This document shows, in pieces, positions 21,001 through 30,193 of a DNA stretch of 64,000 bases. The stretch is from Malassezia furfur. Lineage: Eukaryota. Each line of letters starts with the position of its first letter. The stretch's first letter is position 1. The notes beneath the pieces were generated by a model. The model was not told the DNA's origin, did not search any database, and saw only the letters and a program-made list of their open reading frames with translations. The DNA is taken from assembly GCA_052055015.1 (NCBI GenBank), contig JBQJIT010000002.1; one strand, 5' to 3'. The position numbers and the translations under genes are program-made.

Positions 21001-22743
21001 TGTGTGGTGAACACGTACACCCAAATCTCGCCGGGTGCACGCCTCGCCGACGGCACCGTCTGGGGACCGCAGTCGTCGTCGCACGAGCCACCGGCGCCAG
21101 ACTCGTACGCGGCGTACAACCGCAATGCGACGCCGCAGCCCAACTTCTTTGTCAAGATGTTTGTTGGGTACCCGATCGTGATACTGGTGTGGATCATTTC
21201 CTACGTGCCCTGGTTTGCTGCGCTGATGCTCCTGCTGTTGACGCCGTTCAACTTTGCGAACCAGGACAGTCTGGAGAGTGTGATTGCGTGGTATGCATAC
21301 CCGCATCGTATCGGCTACCACTTCCTTGCGCGCATTGTGCGCAAGACGCTCCCGCCGCTCGTCAACCTGATTGTGGGTATCATTGTCAAGCGTCTGCTCG
21401 GCTTCAACCGCGCCGGTTCGATGCGCAATGCGTCGCAGATTGCGCTGCTCCGCCGCTGGGTCACTTCCCGGCTGCTGAGCCAGCGCAAGCTGAACGATGC
21501 GTTCCAGATCCTCGGCACGCACTACGAGATGGTTTCGGTGGTGTACCGTGCGATGGGCGCGCGCATTGGCAAGCGTGTGTATTGGCCGGGTTCGGGCATC
21601 TACTGCCCCGACCCCGAGCTGCTTGAGGTCGGCGACGATGTTGTGTTTGGCTCGCGTTCCGAGGTGTTTACCTCGGACTCGATCAGCTTCGACCCCGTGC
21701 GCATCGGCCGTGGTGCCATGATTGCGGACCGTGTGGTGCTCTTGCCCGGCACGACCGTCGGCCGGCGGTGTGTGATGGGTTCAGGTGCGCTGTCGCGCCG
21801 CGGCGGCAACTACGAGGAGCGCTCGGTGTGGATGGGCCAGAAGAACGGTGAGGCGGTCAGCTTTGGCAAGTCGCAGGCGCCGGCCGATGACGAAGACATG
21901 AGTGAGGACAGCACGATTACTCCGTTCGGCCGCGCTTACTACAAGCGCGAGGCCAACTTCTTCGTGTTCCCCTACATCATGATTGTTGCCATTCACGTCT
22001 TCTCGCAGGTGATTACCGCCGCGTACTGGGCCGGCGGCTTTGCCGCGACCGTGGTGGCCCTGCACCGCATCTTTGAAGTGTACGACGACCGCTCCGACTG
22101 GCTGTTTATGGACCACTGGTACCGCCCCGCATTTATCTATCTCGCGATTGCCATCTTCTTTGTGGTGATTCTACCGGGACAGGCGCTGATTGCGATCGGC
22201 TGGGTGATTGGCACCAAGTGGGCCATTATCGGGCGCCGTCGCGAGGGCCGCTACAACTGGGACATGAGCAGCTACTGCCAGCGCTGGCAGCTGCACCTGG
22301 TGCTGCAAAAGCCCACGATGCAAGGATTTGGTGGGCATATTATGCAAAACATATCGGGCACGGCGTTTGTGGTGTGGTACCTCCGCGCGCTCGGCGCCCG
22401 CATCGGCAAGGACTGCGCCATCTGGGCGGGCGGCAAACCCTCGTTGCAGCTCACCGAGCCTGACCTGGTCACGATGGGCGACCGCGTCTCGCTCGACGAC
22501 TGCTCGGTCGTGGCGCACATCAACTCGCGTGGTCAATTCAGCCTGAACCGCCTGCGCATTGGCGATGCCTGTGCGATGCGCACAGGCAGTCGTCTCTTGT
22601 CGGGTGCGAGCATGGAGCCGCACTCAATGCTGCTGGAGCACACGCTGGTTGCCTCGGGTGAGATTACCGAGAGCTGGGCCGTGTACGGCGGCTGGCCGGC
22701 ACGCCGCCTGAAGCTGCGCCGCGGCCAAGATGCCAAGGCGTGA
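18040..22743 (+). CDS. NRPS-like membrane enzyme, Pls/poly-amino-acid-synthetase architecture (A - degenerate A-sub - T - TM/beta-helix x3)
   Basis: A-domain motifs LHTSGTSGTKKV, MPLFHVGG, SYGMTE, FDTGD, ITGRSKEIINKGGE, LPKNQAGK; carrier motif DFFLLGGNSL (Ser at 20188-20190); about six TM segments and three RxxGxxIG hexapeptide domains (20821, 21544, 22381). Confidence 0.9.
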   Translation: MDSPLSYVLDLPPAPPNGSLGDYLASHVTENGRFNTLIDCLPSTNKRALISPDLARPPLTHRMLKQFVQSFVLPTTGRSKPLRPNDRIMMALPTGPENALALLCVASYYNCAPVNASCTAEELRDDALRLGARAVISTRDAVERLDLEQLYYQHGLEIYFVDGRPSGPAGLFDISTLAQEVPGSRSQSNMVLNQLNNQCLVLHTSGTSGTKKVVPYTLRHLIVGAVCVIQSWNLHSEQVDMNMMPLFHVGGIVRNLWAPVLSGGSTILCSGFDPNAWWTLAMQLGATWYYAAPTMHHAILASKPADVIPSKQLKISMIANAAGGLLPSLAVELRETFQCVVLPSYGMTECMPIASPPVDYQLDRPGCSGVACGPYLSIRDPLNIEQELPVGKTGNVCVAGLPTFDGYEVTVDGVKKMDTSVFSSEGWFDTGDCGHMDKDGYLYITGRSKEIINKGGEVVSPFEVEEAIMQACKDRVKQTLAFSVDHKVLQETIGVVIVSQPNQPRIGLAELQNSLRNHLHPSKWPFVIVYMDDLPKNQAGKPLRIKLGSRLGIGPLSDDVPALDRHFEAKTPSKDTPLSRPIPCSRITVDVRAVQRACYRIPGVLDAAVVQQRDRAPMAFIQVQEDSGFDAADIDRALGQILHGYVVPNPLHVFRQPLIKTNGQYDFEAMESIVREQNAASMSQTSILVRDIIAKLLDLDSGSITDESDFFLLGGNSLLLGRLIFLIRKETDVNLEVSSLFTNSTVSRMAALIDKQRGEPGVDDDEDQMYQIDEKGTGLMSSVNLAHNYAVDDDPAFSSHGQKPRSQTHPFVLFVQAIPFFFFYPLKAAWTWTIILRGLAFFAYYIEDSPWQRLGALLSSIVIARLSSRIICPTAAIAFKWVVIGRYRPGRYPMWSNYHLRWWIVNQSLRVGGRGVFAITPWLEKMYYRLLGMSIGKDVKIDSNAKIYECDLITIHDRASIDACRIRGFCVERDGYFRLEPIVIGRDCVVNTYTQISPGARLADGTVWGPQSSSHEPPAPDSYAAYNRNATPQPNFFVKMFVGYPIVILVWIISYVPWFAALMLLLLTPFNFANQDSLESVIAWYAYPHRIGYHFLARIVRKTLPPLVNLIVGIIVKRLLGFNRAGSMRNASQIALLRRWVTSRLLSQRKLNDAFQILGTHYEMVSVVYRAMGARIGKRVYWPGSGIYCPDPELLEVGDDVVFGSRSEVFTSDSISFDPVRIGRGAMIADRVVLLPGTTVGRRCVMGSGALSRRGGNYEERSVWMGQKNGEAVSFGKSQAPADDEDMSEDSTITPFGRAYYKREANFFVFPYIMIVAIHVFSQVITAAYWAGGFAATVVALHRIFEVYDDRSDWLFMDHWYRPAFIYLAIAIFFVVILPGQALIAIGWVIGTKWAIIGRRREGRYNWDMSSYCQRWQLHLVLQKPTMQGFGGHIMQNISGTAFVVWYLRALGARIGKDCAIWAGGKPSLQLTEPDLVTMGDRVSLDDCSVVAHINSRGQFSLNRLRIGDACAMRTGSRLLSGASMEPHSMLLEHTLVASGEITESWAVYGGWPARRLKLRRGQDAKA

Positions 22744-22894
22744 GCAAGGTCGGCAGGTGCCTGGACGCGCGGGCGTGCCTCGCATTGTCACATTATTTGA
22801 TAAATAGCTCATGTTTAGTAAAATATGCTGTGGCCTTTTTTTCCCATCACGTGGGCTTCTCGTCGCGCGCTGCCGACCGCCCAGCGCGAGCACC

Positions 22895-23428
22895 ATGGAT
22901 CCGGAGGAAGCGGGTATGAACGACGAGGGGTATGTAGCCAGGAGCCTGTGTACCGCAGGGCAGCATGCTAACTCATGTGCAGCTTTTACGATGATGAGCC
23001 CGACTTCAATGACGTGGACGGCGACGACGTGTTCGATGAGAATGCAGGCGAGGACGACGCCGAGGCTGGCGACGACGCCGTCGTGCACTCGAGTGCGGGC
23101 GGCCCGGTCCCGTCGGGTGGCGACGCTGGTGGACAGCCCAATGCGGAGCGTATCACCACGCCGTACATGACCAAGTACGAAAAGGCACGCATTCTCGGCA
23201 CGCGCGCACTCCAGATCAGGTACGTCCCCCGGCGCCGCGCGCGAACAGCTACTGACACTACTCAGCATGAATGCACCCGTGCTCGTGCCTACCGAGGGCG
23301 AGATTGACCCGCTGGCGATCGCGCAAAAGGAACTGGTCGCGAAGAAAATTCCGTTGCTCGTGCGGCGCTACCTGCCGGACGGCAGCTTTGAGGACTGGAG
23401 CGTCGCCGAGCTGATCACGTCTGACTAG
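22895..23428 (+). CDS. RPB6: RNA polymerase I/II/III shared subunit RPB6 (RPO26); two introns
   Basis: Acidic N-terminus, [31 protein letters not shown]...[19 protein letters not shown]. Confidence 0.97.
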
Positions 23429-23772
23429 CCTTAGTCCGCGTATGTACGTGCATAAATACCCCGTTTCGTCTGCCCATGCGTGTGTCGATGGCGCGTGCGA
23501 CGACGGCGACGACCATGCGTGTGCGCATGAACGCGTGCGTGCGTGCGTGCGCGCGTGCCCACCGCGCCAGCGCGCGTGCGACCCTGGCTGGTCCTTGGGG
23601 CTATCGGGGCACGACCCCGAAAACCCGACCTCGGCTGCATCGCGTGCGAATCAGGTGCGGCGCCCGTGTCACTGGGACACGCACGCGGCTGCAGCGCGAT
23701 AGCTGCGCACACACGTGATTGCACCGTTTGGCGCGTCCGAGATTGGCAGCCGGCCGAGCTGCATCGGGGCCC

Positions 23773-23996
23773 GCCAAGCCTGTTGCCAAGACTGGCTCCG
23801 TTTGCATAGCCCTGTCCGCAGCGTGGTGATCCAGCCTACTAGGTGGATGCCACGTGCGCTTGCCGGGTCCGCGTGCCAACAAGACTGGCAGTTTGTTCCT
23901 CTTCGAATTAAAAAGGCTTGGCACATCCGGCCGGTCGATCCGCGCAACCTCGGGTATTGTTGCGCTGGTGCGTCATGGTACAAGCGAGTAGCCAAG
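23773..23996. promoter_or_regulatory. Cluster of GCCAAG (PacC/Rim101 consensus GCCARG) sites around the RIM101 start
   Basis: GCCAAG at 23773 (+), TGCCAAG at 23784 (+), TGCCAAG at 23917-23923 (-), GCCAAG at 23991 (+, just inside the CDS). Confidence 0.6.
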
Positions 23997-25897
23997 AGGC
24001 ACCGCACACGAAGCCGGAAGCGACGTCGACGCCTTTGGACTCGTCTGCCGTCGCATCGTCCGGCGCAGAGCGTCCATCAGAGATCCGGTGCGAGTGGCGT
24101 GGGTGCGGCGCCGTCTTTGACGGGGCCGAGGTGTTGTACCGGCACCTGTGTGACGAGCATGTGGGTCGGAACAGCAAGAACAACCTGTGCCTTTCATGCC
24201 ACTGGGGCCAGTGCCAGGCGAGCTATGCGAAGCGCGACCATATCACAAGCCATTTGCGGATTCACATCCCGATGAAGCCGTTTGCGTGCAACGTGTGTGG
24301 AAAGAGTTTCAAGCGCTCGCAGGACCTCAAGAAGCATGGGCGTACGCATGCGTCACCTTCGGCAAGCGACGACCGGCATAGCGACGACGGCGTTGCGCCC
24401 GAGCCGAGCGTGCCGCAGATCGTCTCACACGGCACGCCGCCGGCACAGGTGCCGCTGTACCCCAGCCTGCCCGGGCTGCTCTCGCCGCGCTCACGCGAGG
24501 AGGCGCTTGTTGCGACGCCCAGCTATCGCTCGCACTCCTCTCGCGAGTCAGCGTCGCCCGCCTCGTCGTTCTCACCGTCGCAGGACACCTCGCCGCGTCC
24601 CTACTTCCCAATGCCCCCCGATGCGGAGCTACCGCAGATGCGCTACGCTGGCGCCCCCAGCGCACCCGGCGCGCTGTACCCCCCCGTACCCAAGACTGCG
24701 CACGGCATGCCCGACGACGCAAGCTACCCCGACGCGTCGGTGCGCGGCTATGCGCCGCCCCGTGCCGAGCCTGGCTGGAACGCGGGGGTAAAACGGCCAC
24801 GGCGCATGGTTGATGACTTTTGGGACGATGTGCGCCGCAAAAAGGTCGCGCCCGTGTACGACGACGAGATGGCCGACCGCCTGAACCAGCTCTGGAACCC
24901 GAACAGCGCGCAGGACCCTGGCGTGCTCGACCTCTTCCTGGGCGACTCGCTGAGTGCGCTTGGTGCGTATGGTGCACCGGATGCGACGTCCATGCCCGGC
25001 GCACACGGCTCGCCGTACGACGCCACGTATACGCGCGCGCAGCCGGTGTCGCAGCTGCCGCAGCCGCGTGCAGCGACGCCCAACCTCGTCGACGTCAACA
25101 CCTGGCTGCTCCACCTCGGGATGAACATGGCGCGCGCGTCGCCGCCGCCGCCGCCGCAAATGCCCGTCTCGCAGGCCGAGGCGCGCATGCCGCCGATCGA
25201 CTTTGCACAGTCGCTCCATGCGCTCGGCCTCGGGCACATCCCCGGCATCGAGAGTTTGTACACGGACGTGGCGATGGGCGGCGCGCCGGGGGTGCCGCCG
25301 ATGCGCAGCTTCAACGAGTACGTCCCGCCGCAGCTGGCCGTACGCGAGACGGGCAGCCAGCCGACGTACCGCCACGTGGAGCCGCTGACGCGCGCGCCTG
25401 TCGCGACGCCGACGATGCGCCGCCGAGCGCCCTCGTTCTCCAAAGAGGCCATGGACGTCGACGAACCGCCGGCGCGGCCCGTGTATCCCCGCTTGCCCTC
25501 GGATGCGCGTGCGAGCCCGATGGACGAGCGCAGCGGCAGTGCGTCGCCAACGCGGCGCGACGCGCACGTCTCGCGCGAGACGCGCGAGCGCCACCTGAGC
25601 CTGGTGCTCAATGTGCTCCTTGCGCTGAACAAGCGGCAGCGCATCGACCCGGCGTCGGGCCGCGTTGCGCCGATGCATGGCGATGCACGCCCCGCGCCGC
25701 GGCCGTCGCTCATGCCGCCGCCGCCCATGTGGCGCAGCGAGAGCCGCGAGCGTGCGCTGCCCAAGCCCGCGCTGTACGACATGTCGGCGCGGCGCACCTC
25801 GCTGCGTGTGCCCAACAAAGACGAACCGAAGGCGCCTGTGCGCCCTGGCGCTTTGCCAAGCATTGCGCAGCTGTTATCAGACGTGGATATGAACTAG
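23975..25897 (+). CDS. RIM101: pH-response C2H2 transcription factor PacC/Rim101
   Basis: Three zinc fingers CEWRGC...HLCDEHVGR..NNLCLSCHWGQC...KRDHITSHLRIHIPMKPFACNVCGKSFKRSQDLKKH; YPxL motifs at 24458 and 25484. Confidence 0.93.
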   Translation: MVQASSQEAPHTKPEATSTPLDSSAVASSGAERPSEIRCEWRGCGAVFDGAEVLYRHLCDEHVGRNSKNNLCLSCHWGQCQASYAKRDHITSHLRIHIPMKPFACNVCGKSFKRSQDLKKHGRTHASPSASDDRHSDDGVAPEPSVPQIVSHGTPPAQVPLYPSLPGLLSPRSREEALVATPSYRSHSSRESASPASSFSPSQDTSPRPYFPMPPDAELPQMRYAGAPSAPGALYPPVPKTAHGMPDDASYPDASVRGYAPPRAEPGWNAGVKRPRRMVDDFWDDVRRKKVAPVYDDEMADRLNQLWNPNSAQDPGVLDLFLGDSLSALGAYGAPDATSMPGAHGSPYDATYTRAQPVSQLPQPRAATPNLVDVNTWLLHLGMNMARASPPPPPQMPVSQAEARMPPIDFAQSLHALGLGHIPGIESLYTDVAMGGAPGVPPMRSFNEYVPPQLAVRETGSQPTYRHVEPLTRAPVATPTMRRRAPSFSKEAMDVDEPPARPVYPRLPSDARASPMDERSGSASPTRRDAHVSRETRERHLSLVLNVLLALNKRQRIDPASGRVAPMHGDARPAPRPSLMPPPPMWRSESRERALPKPALYDMSARRTSLRVPNKDEPKAPVRPGALPSIAQLLSDVDMN

Positions 25898-28800
25898 ACA
25901 TTGTGTGTTATAGGAGTTTGTGAACCAGACATTGGAACCAGTGACACTGCGTCGGGAAGCGCGGCCCGCGCGTCGCGCGCGCCAAACGCGCTGCGCACGA
26001 GCCGCGCGGCGGTGTGCACCCGCGCCGCGTGTGCGGCGGCGTCATGCGCTGCGCGGCACGCACGGGCGTGCGCCACGGCCGCCTCAACGAGCGGGGCGGG
26101 CAGCCCCGCGAGGCCTGCGACGTACACGCCAAGCGACGCGGGCGCGAGGCCGGCGCGCAGTGTGTGCAGGAACACGACCTCGGTGTGATCGCCGTGCGTG
26201 TCGAGGCGCGTTGCCATGTGCAAGTTGGCGATGCGCCCGGGCAGCTCGTCGGCGAGCGCGCCGAGTGCCGCATAGTGCGTGATAAACAGCACCTTCGGCC
26301 GCGCCTCGGGCGCCAGCAGCGTTCGTAGCACCGCGTACGCCAGCGCCGCGCCGTCAAATGTCGACGTCCCGCGCCCAAACTCGTCCAGCAAAAGCAACGA
26401 GCGCGGCGTCGCCGTGCGCAGCAGGTGCGCCGTCTCCTCGGCCTCCACCAAGAAGGTCGACTTGCCGCGCGCGAGGTGGTCGTGTGCACCCATCCGCGTG
26501 AGGATGGCGTCGTGGCACGGCATCCGTGCCTCGGCGCACGGGACAAATGACCCGATCTGCGCGAGGATGAGCACGAGCGCCAGTGCTCGCACCGTGCTCG
26601 ACTTGCCGCCCATGTTGGCGCCGGTCAGGAGCACGGCACGGGGATGAGCGCCGCCCAACGTCACGTCGTTTGGCACGTACGGCAGTGGGCGCAGTGCCTC
26701 GAGCACGGGATGCCGAAACCCACGCAGCACCACGGCATCCTCGTCCGTGAGCGTCGGGCGCGTATAGCCCGGCAACGACGCGACGTCTGCCAGTGACGTG
26801 AGCGCATCAAGCTCGGCGACCGCCCGCACCACGCGGCGCATCGCACCATAGTCGCGTGCCACGCATTGTACAAAATCGCGCCACGCCTCCCGACCCGCCT
26901 CGGCGAGCTGCTCACGGTGCTGCTCTCGCAGCCGCGCGAGGCGCAGCACCGTCGGCGTGTGGAAACGCACCACAGCTTTGGTGCTGTTTACGCGCACCCA
27001 GTCGGCGGGCGTCTTGCTCGCCTCACTCGCGCGCACTTCGATGAGGTTCTCCAGACCAGAGACACTCGTATACTGCAGTTTGGGGCGCCGTAGCACGACG
27101 CGCAGCTCGTCGAGGTGCGCAGCCAGCTGCGCCTCGTCATCCGCGAGCTGCTGCTTCCAGGCGGCAATTGCGGGGTAGCGGGCTGCATCCGTGAACAGCT
27201 CCGTCTTGGCATTCTTGCGCGCGTCGCTTACGCGGATCGCCGCAAGGTGCGTCGCAACGCACTCGCGCGCCGTTGACAGCGCCGCAAGCGTTGCATCGAG
27301 CTGCACTGCACCCGAGTGTACCTCGCCCGCGTCACGGAACGAAAACTCGCGCGTGATACGGTGCAGGCTGAGCAGCACCGTCGCCAACTCGGTCGGCTCC
27401 ACGAGGCCGTACGCGACTCGCGCCAGGCCCCGCGCCAGGTCGGGCAGACGCGTGAGCATAGCGACGGCCTGGTGCAGCACTGCGAGTCGCCGCTCGCGCA
27501 GCACATCCACGGCGTCCACCCGGCGCGCAATCTGTGCTGCGTCCAGCAGCGGGCGCCGCAGCCATTGCCGCAGCAGGCGCTTGCCCATCGGCGTGCGGCA
27601 ATGGTCCAGATGCCACAGCAAGCTGCCATACACTTGCCCGTCGGTTGCATTGTACATCAGCTCGAGATTGCGCAGCGTGTGTCCACTTAGGAGCATACAG
27701 GTGCGGTCCTGGAACGCGGCATAATTGCCAGCCTCGGCAAACGCCCATGTCAGGCCATACGCGGACAGGTAGCGCACGAGCTGTGCGCACGCACACTGCA
27801 CATGGATATCGAGCGACATGAGCAGGGGAAGCACTTGCGCATCCCATGCAGCGGATGCCGCATCCGCCAGCGCCGTGGCTGCCGCCGAGGTTTCCACCGC
27901 CTCGACCTCTTCAACGCGCGCGGGGCGCTCGCCAGGTAGCTGCGCCGCATACGCGCGTAGCACACGCTCCGTCTGCACACTCGTACCGCGTGCTAGCACC
28001 AACTCTTTGGGAGCCAAGTGTGCAAGCCTCGTTTCCAGCTCCTGTGGTCAGCACCCCACCTACGCTGCGCATCGCATCGTCCACAAACACGTCATACGTC
28101 ACTGACGCTGTCGCAATGTCGACCGCCATCACACCGATTCGCATGCGTGTTGCACCGACGGCAGTCTCGGAGAGCGACACAAGGACCTGCTCGCCGCCCA
28201 GCTCTTCGGGCGACTGCACGGCACCGATGTCGTCGATCCACGTACTCGCCGTATAGAGCGCTGTGAGCGCACGCGTAAACGGTTTGTTGGCATTTTCCGT
28301 CGCCGCCTTCAGTGCGCGCGTTTCTGTCTGACGGCACACGCCCACTTTGTAGCCGGCCGCGACAAGGCGCTTGACGTGCACCGCCAAACGAGGCACCGGA
28401 ATCATGGCCGCCTGTAGGTTCTTTTCGGGAAAGCACGCCTGCGTGAGCATCGCACGTACAATGTTTAGCACCTGGCTCGCAATCTGTGCGTCTTCCTGGT
28501 AAAACTTCATTTTGTAGCCCACTTCGACGAGCAGAAGCACGCCGGGGTTCTCGTTTTTGAGCTGCAGAATCTGCCTCTCGAGCGGCGTGTATTTGACCGG
28601 ACCCGTGCGCACCGTCGGCTGGACAACCTGCGCAAATGAGTGCCGAGCATGGATCGCGTGCGGCGCCGCGTCATTTGGGTCGAAACGGTGCACCGCGAGG
28701 GGGTTGGCGTGCGCCTCGGCGCGTGGAGAGGACGCGGCAGTCGGCGTTGGCGCATCGTGCGTTGCCGGCTCCTCGCTTGACATGGGCACTTCGGCCGCAG

Positions 28801-28909
28801 CACCATCACCATCGCCTTCTTCCGCGCGTTCCCCTTGCTCTGTGCGTGCCCGCTTGGGTGCACGCTCGCCCCCAAAGAAGGCATGCAGCGACACCTGCTT
28901 GGGAGGCAT
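25894..28909 (-). CDS. MSH3: DNA mismatch repair protein MSH3; micro-introns near 28439-28459 and ~28040-28065
   Basis: N-terminal PIP box QVSLHAFF, YTPLERQ, LLVEVGYKMKF (GYK is the Msh3 form), Walker A TGANMGGKS, STFLVE, LLDEFGRGTSTFDG, LFITHY. Confidence 0.93.
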
Positions 28910-28938
28910 CGCGCACGGTCGTCGCCACGTGGGAGTCC

Positions 28939-28971
28939 ACGCGACGCGTCGCGCATGCATCGCTGGACGCG
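28939..28971. promoter_or_regulatory. MCB-like elements in the 87-bp bidirectional MSH3/UNG1 promoter
   Basis: 14-bp palindrome CGCGACGCGTCGCG (28940-28953) centred on ACGCGT, plus ACGCG at 28939 and 28967. Confidence 0.55.
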
Positions 28972-28996
28972 ATCGGCTCTGCGCGGTGTACGAGCG

Positions 28997-30180
28997 ATGT
29001 CCATCACGAGTCCCGTTGCGAAACGTGCGCGCACGATCCATGCCAAGGACGTGGCGCCAAGCACACGCGACGAGTTTGATGAATTTGACGTCCCGGAAGA
29101 GGACCTTCTACGCGCGGTCGAATCCGCCGAGGCGCGTCCAACGGAACGCGACGCGACGCGCCCCGCGTCATCCCCGGCGGACAAGGCGCCCGGCGCTACG
29201 GCACGCATGCCACCAACACCACCATCTAGCTCACCCGCTTCGGGCACGCCACCGGTCGCCGACCGGTCCATTCCGCCCGCTCCCGCCTACGACTTGCCGT
29301 ACGCTGGCACGCCCGACGATCCGCTCGCCCTAGAGCGCACGACGATGAACAAGGAATGGTTTGATCGATTGGAACCGTCAATGCGCCGCGACAGTTTTGC
29401 GAGCCTCAAGCAGTTCCTGGACGGCGAGAAGCGGGCAGGGAAAACCATTTTCCCTCCCCCGCAGCTCATTCACAGCTGGTCGCGCACGACCCCGCTCGAA
29501 AAGGTCAAGGTCGTCATCATTGGCCAGGATCCGTACCACCAGCCCGGCCAGGCATGTGGTCACTCGTTCTCTGTACCGATGGGCAAGGCAGTCCCCGCGA
29601 GTCTGCAGAATATCTACAAGGAGCTCAAGGCTGAGTACCCCGACTTTGTCCCGCCGACACACGGGTAGGTGATCGCAACGCTCACGCAGCTGTCTGAATG
29701 GATGGGCGAACCAGGGTGTATTACTGCTCAATGCGTGTTTGGTACGTTGTGCTACTGACCCAGACCGTCAATGCGGGCAATGCAGGCTCGCACCACAACC
29801 GCGGTTGGGAGCCGTTTACGCGCGACATTCTCAAGGCAATCGCCAAGAACGCCGCAGGAGCAACGGCCAGCAAAGCAGGAGGTCCGCTCGATGCGATGCT
29901 GCAGGGAAAGACGCCGACCAAGGCCGCGGGACAACCCGTCGTCTTCCTCGCTTGGGGGCAGCCGGCAGCACGAACACTTGCCGAGGCAGGCATCACCGAG
30001 GTTCGTGAGCATCTCACGCAGAAATCGCCCAACGTGCTTATTCTACGCTCGCCGCATCCCTCGCCACTGAGTGCTCACCGCGGGTTTCTGGGGAACGGGC
30101 ACTTTGCCAAGGCGAATGCCTGGTTAGAAGACAAGGCTCGGTATGGGCCGGGCGGGGGCATTCGATGGGACGCGTTATAG
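28997..30180 (+). CDS. UNG1: Uracil-DNA glycosylase; micro-introns 29665-29689, 29742-29763 and probably 30001-30021
   Basis: VKVVIIGQDPYH, VPASLQNIYKEL, WANQGVLLLNA, VFLAWG, HPSPLSA motifs. Confidence 0.96.
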
Positions 30181-30193
30181 CACAAAGGATTGT

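Noticed and set aside
23533..23560. (GCGT)n simple repeat upstream of RIM101
   Set aside because: Short low-complexity microsatellite with no spacers; not CRISPR-like or mobile.
14595..25897. Classical secondary-metabolite gene cluster around the NRPS-like gene
   Set aside because: Flanks are housekeeping genes (kinase, RPB6, RIM101, MSH3); no tailoring enzymes, transporter or PPTase nearby, so only the lyase-synthetase pair is proposed.
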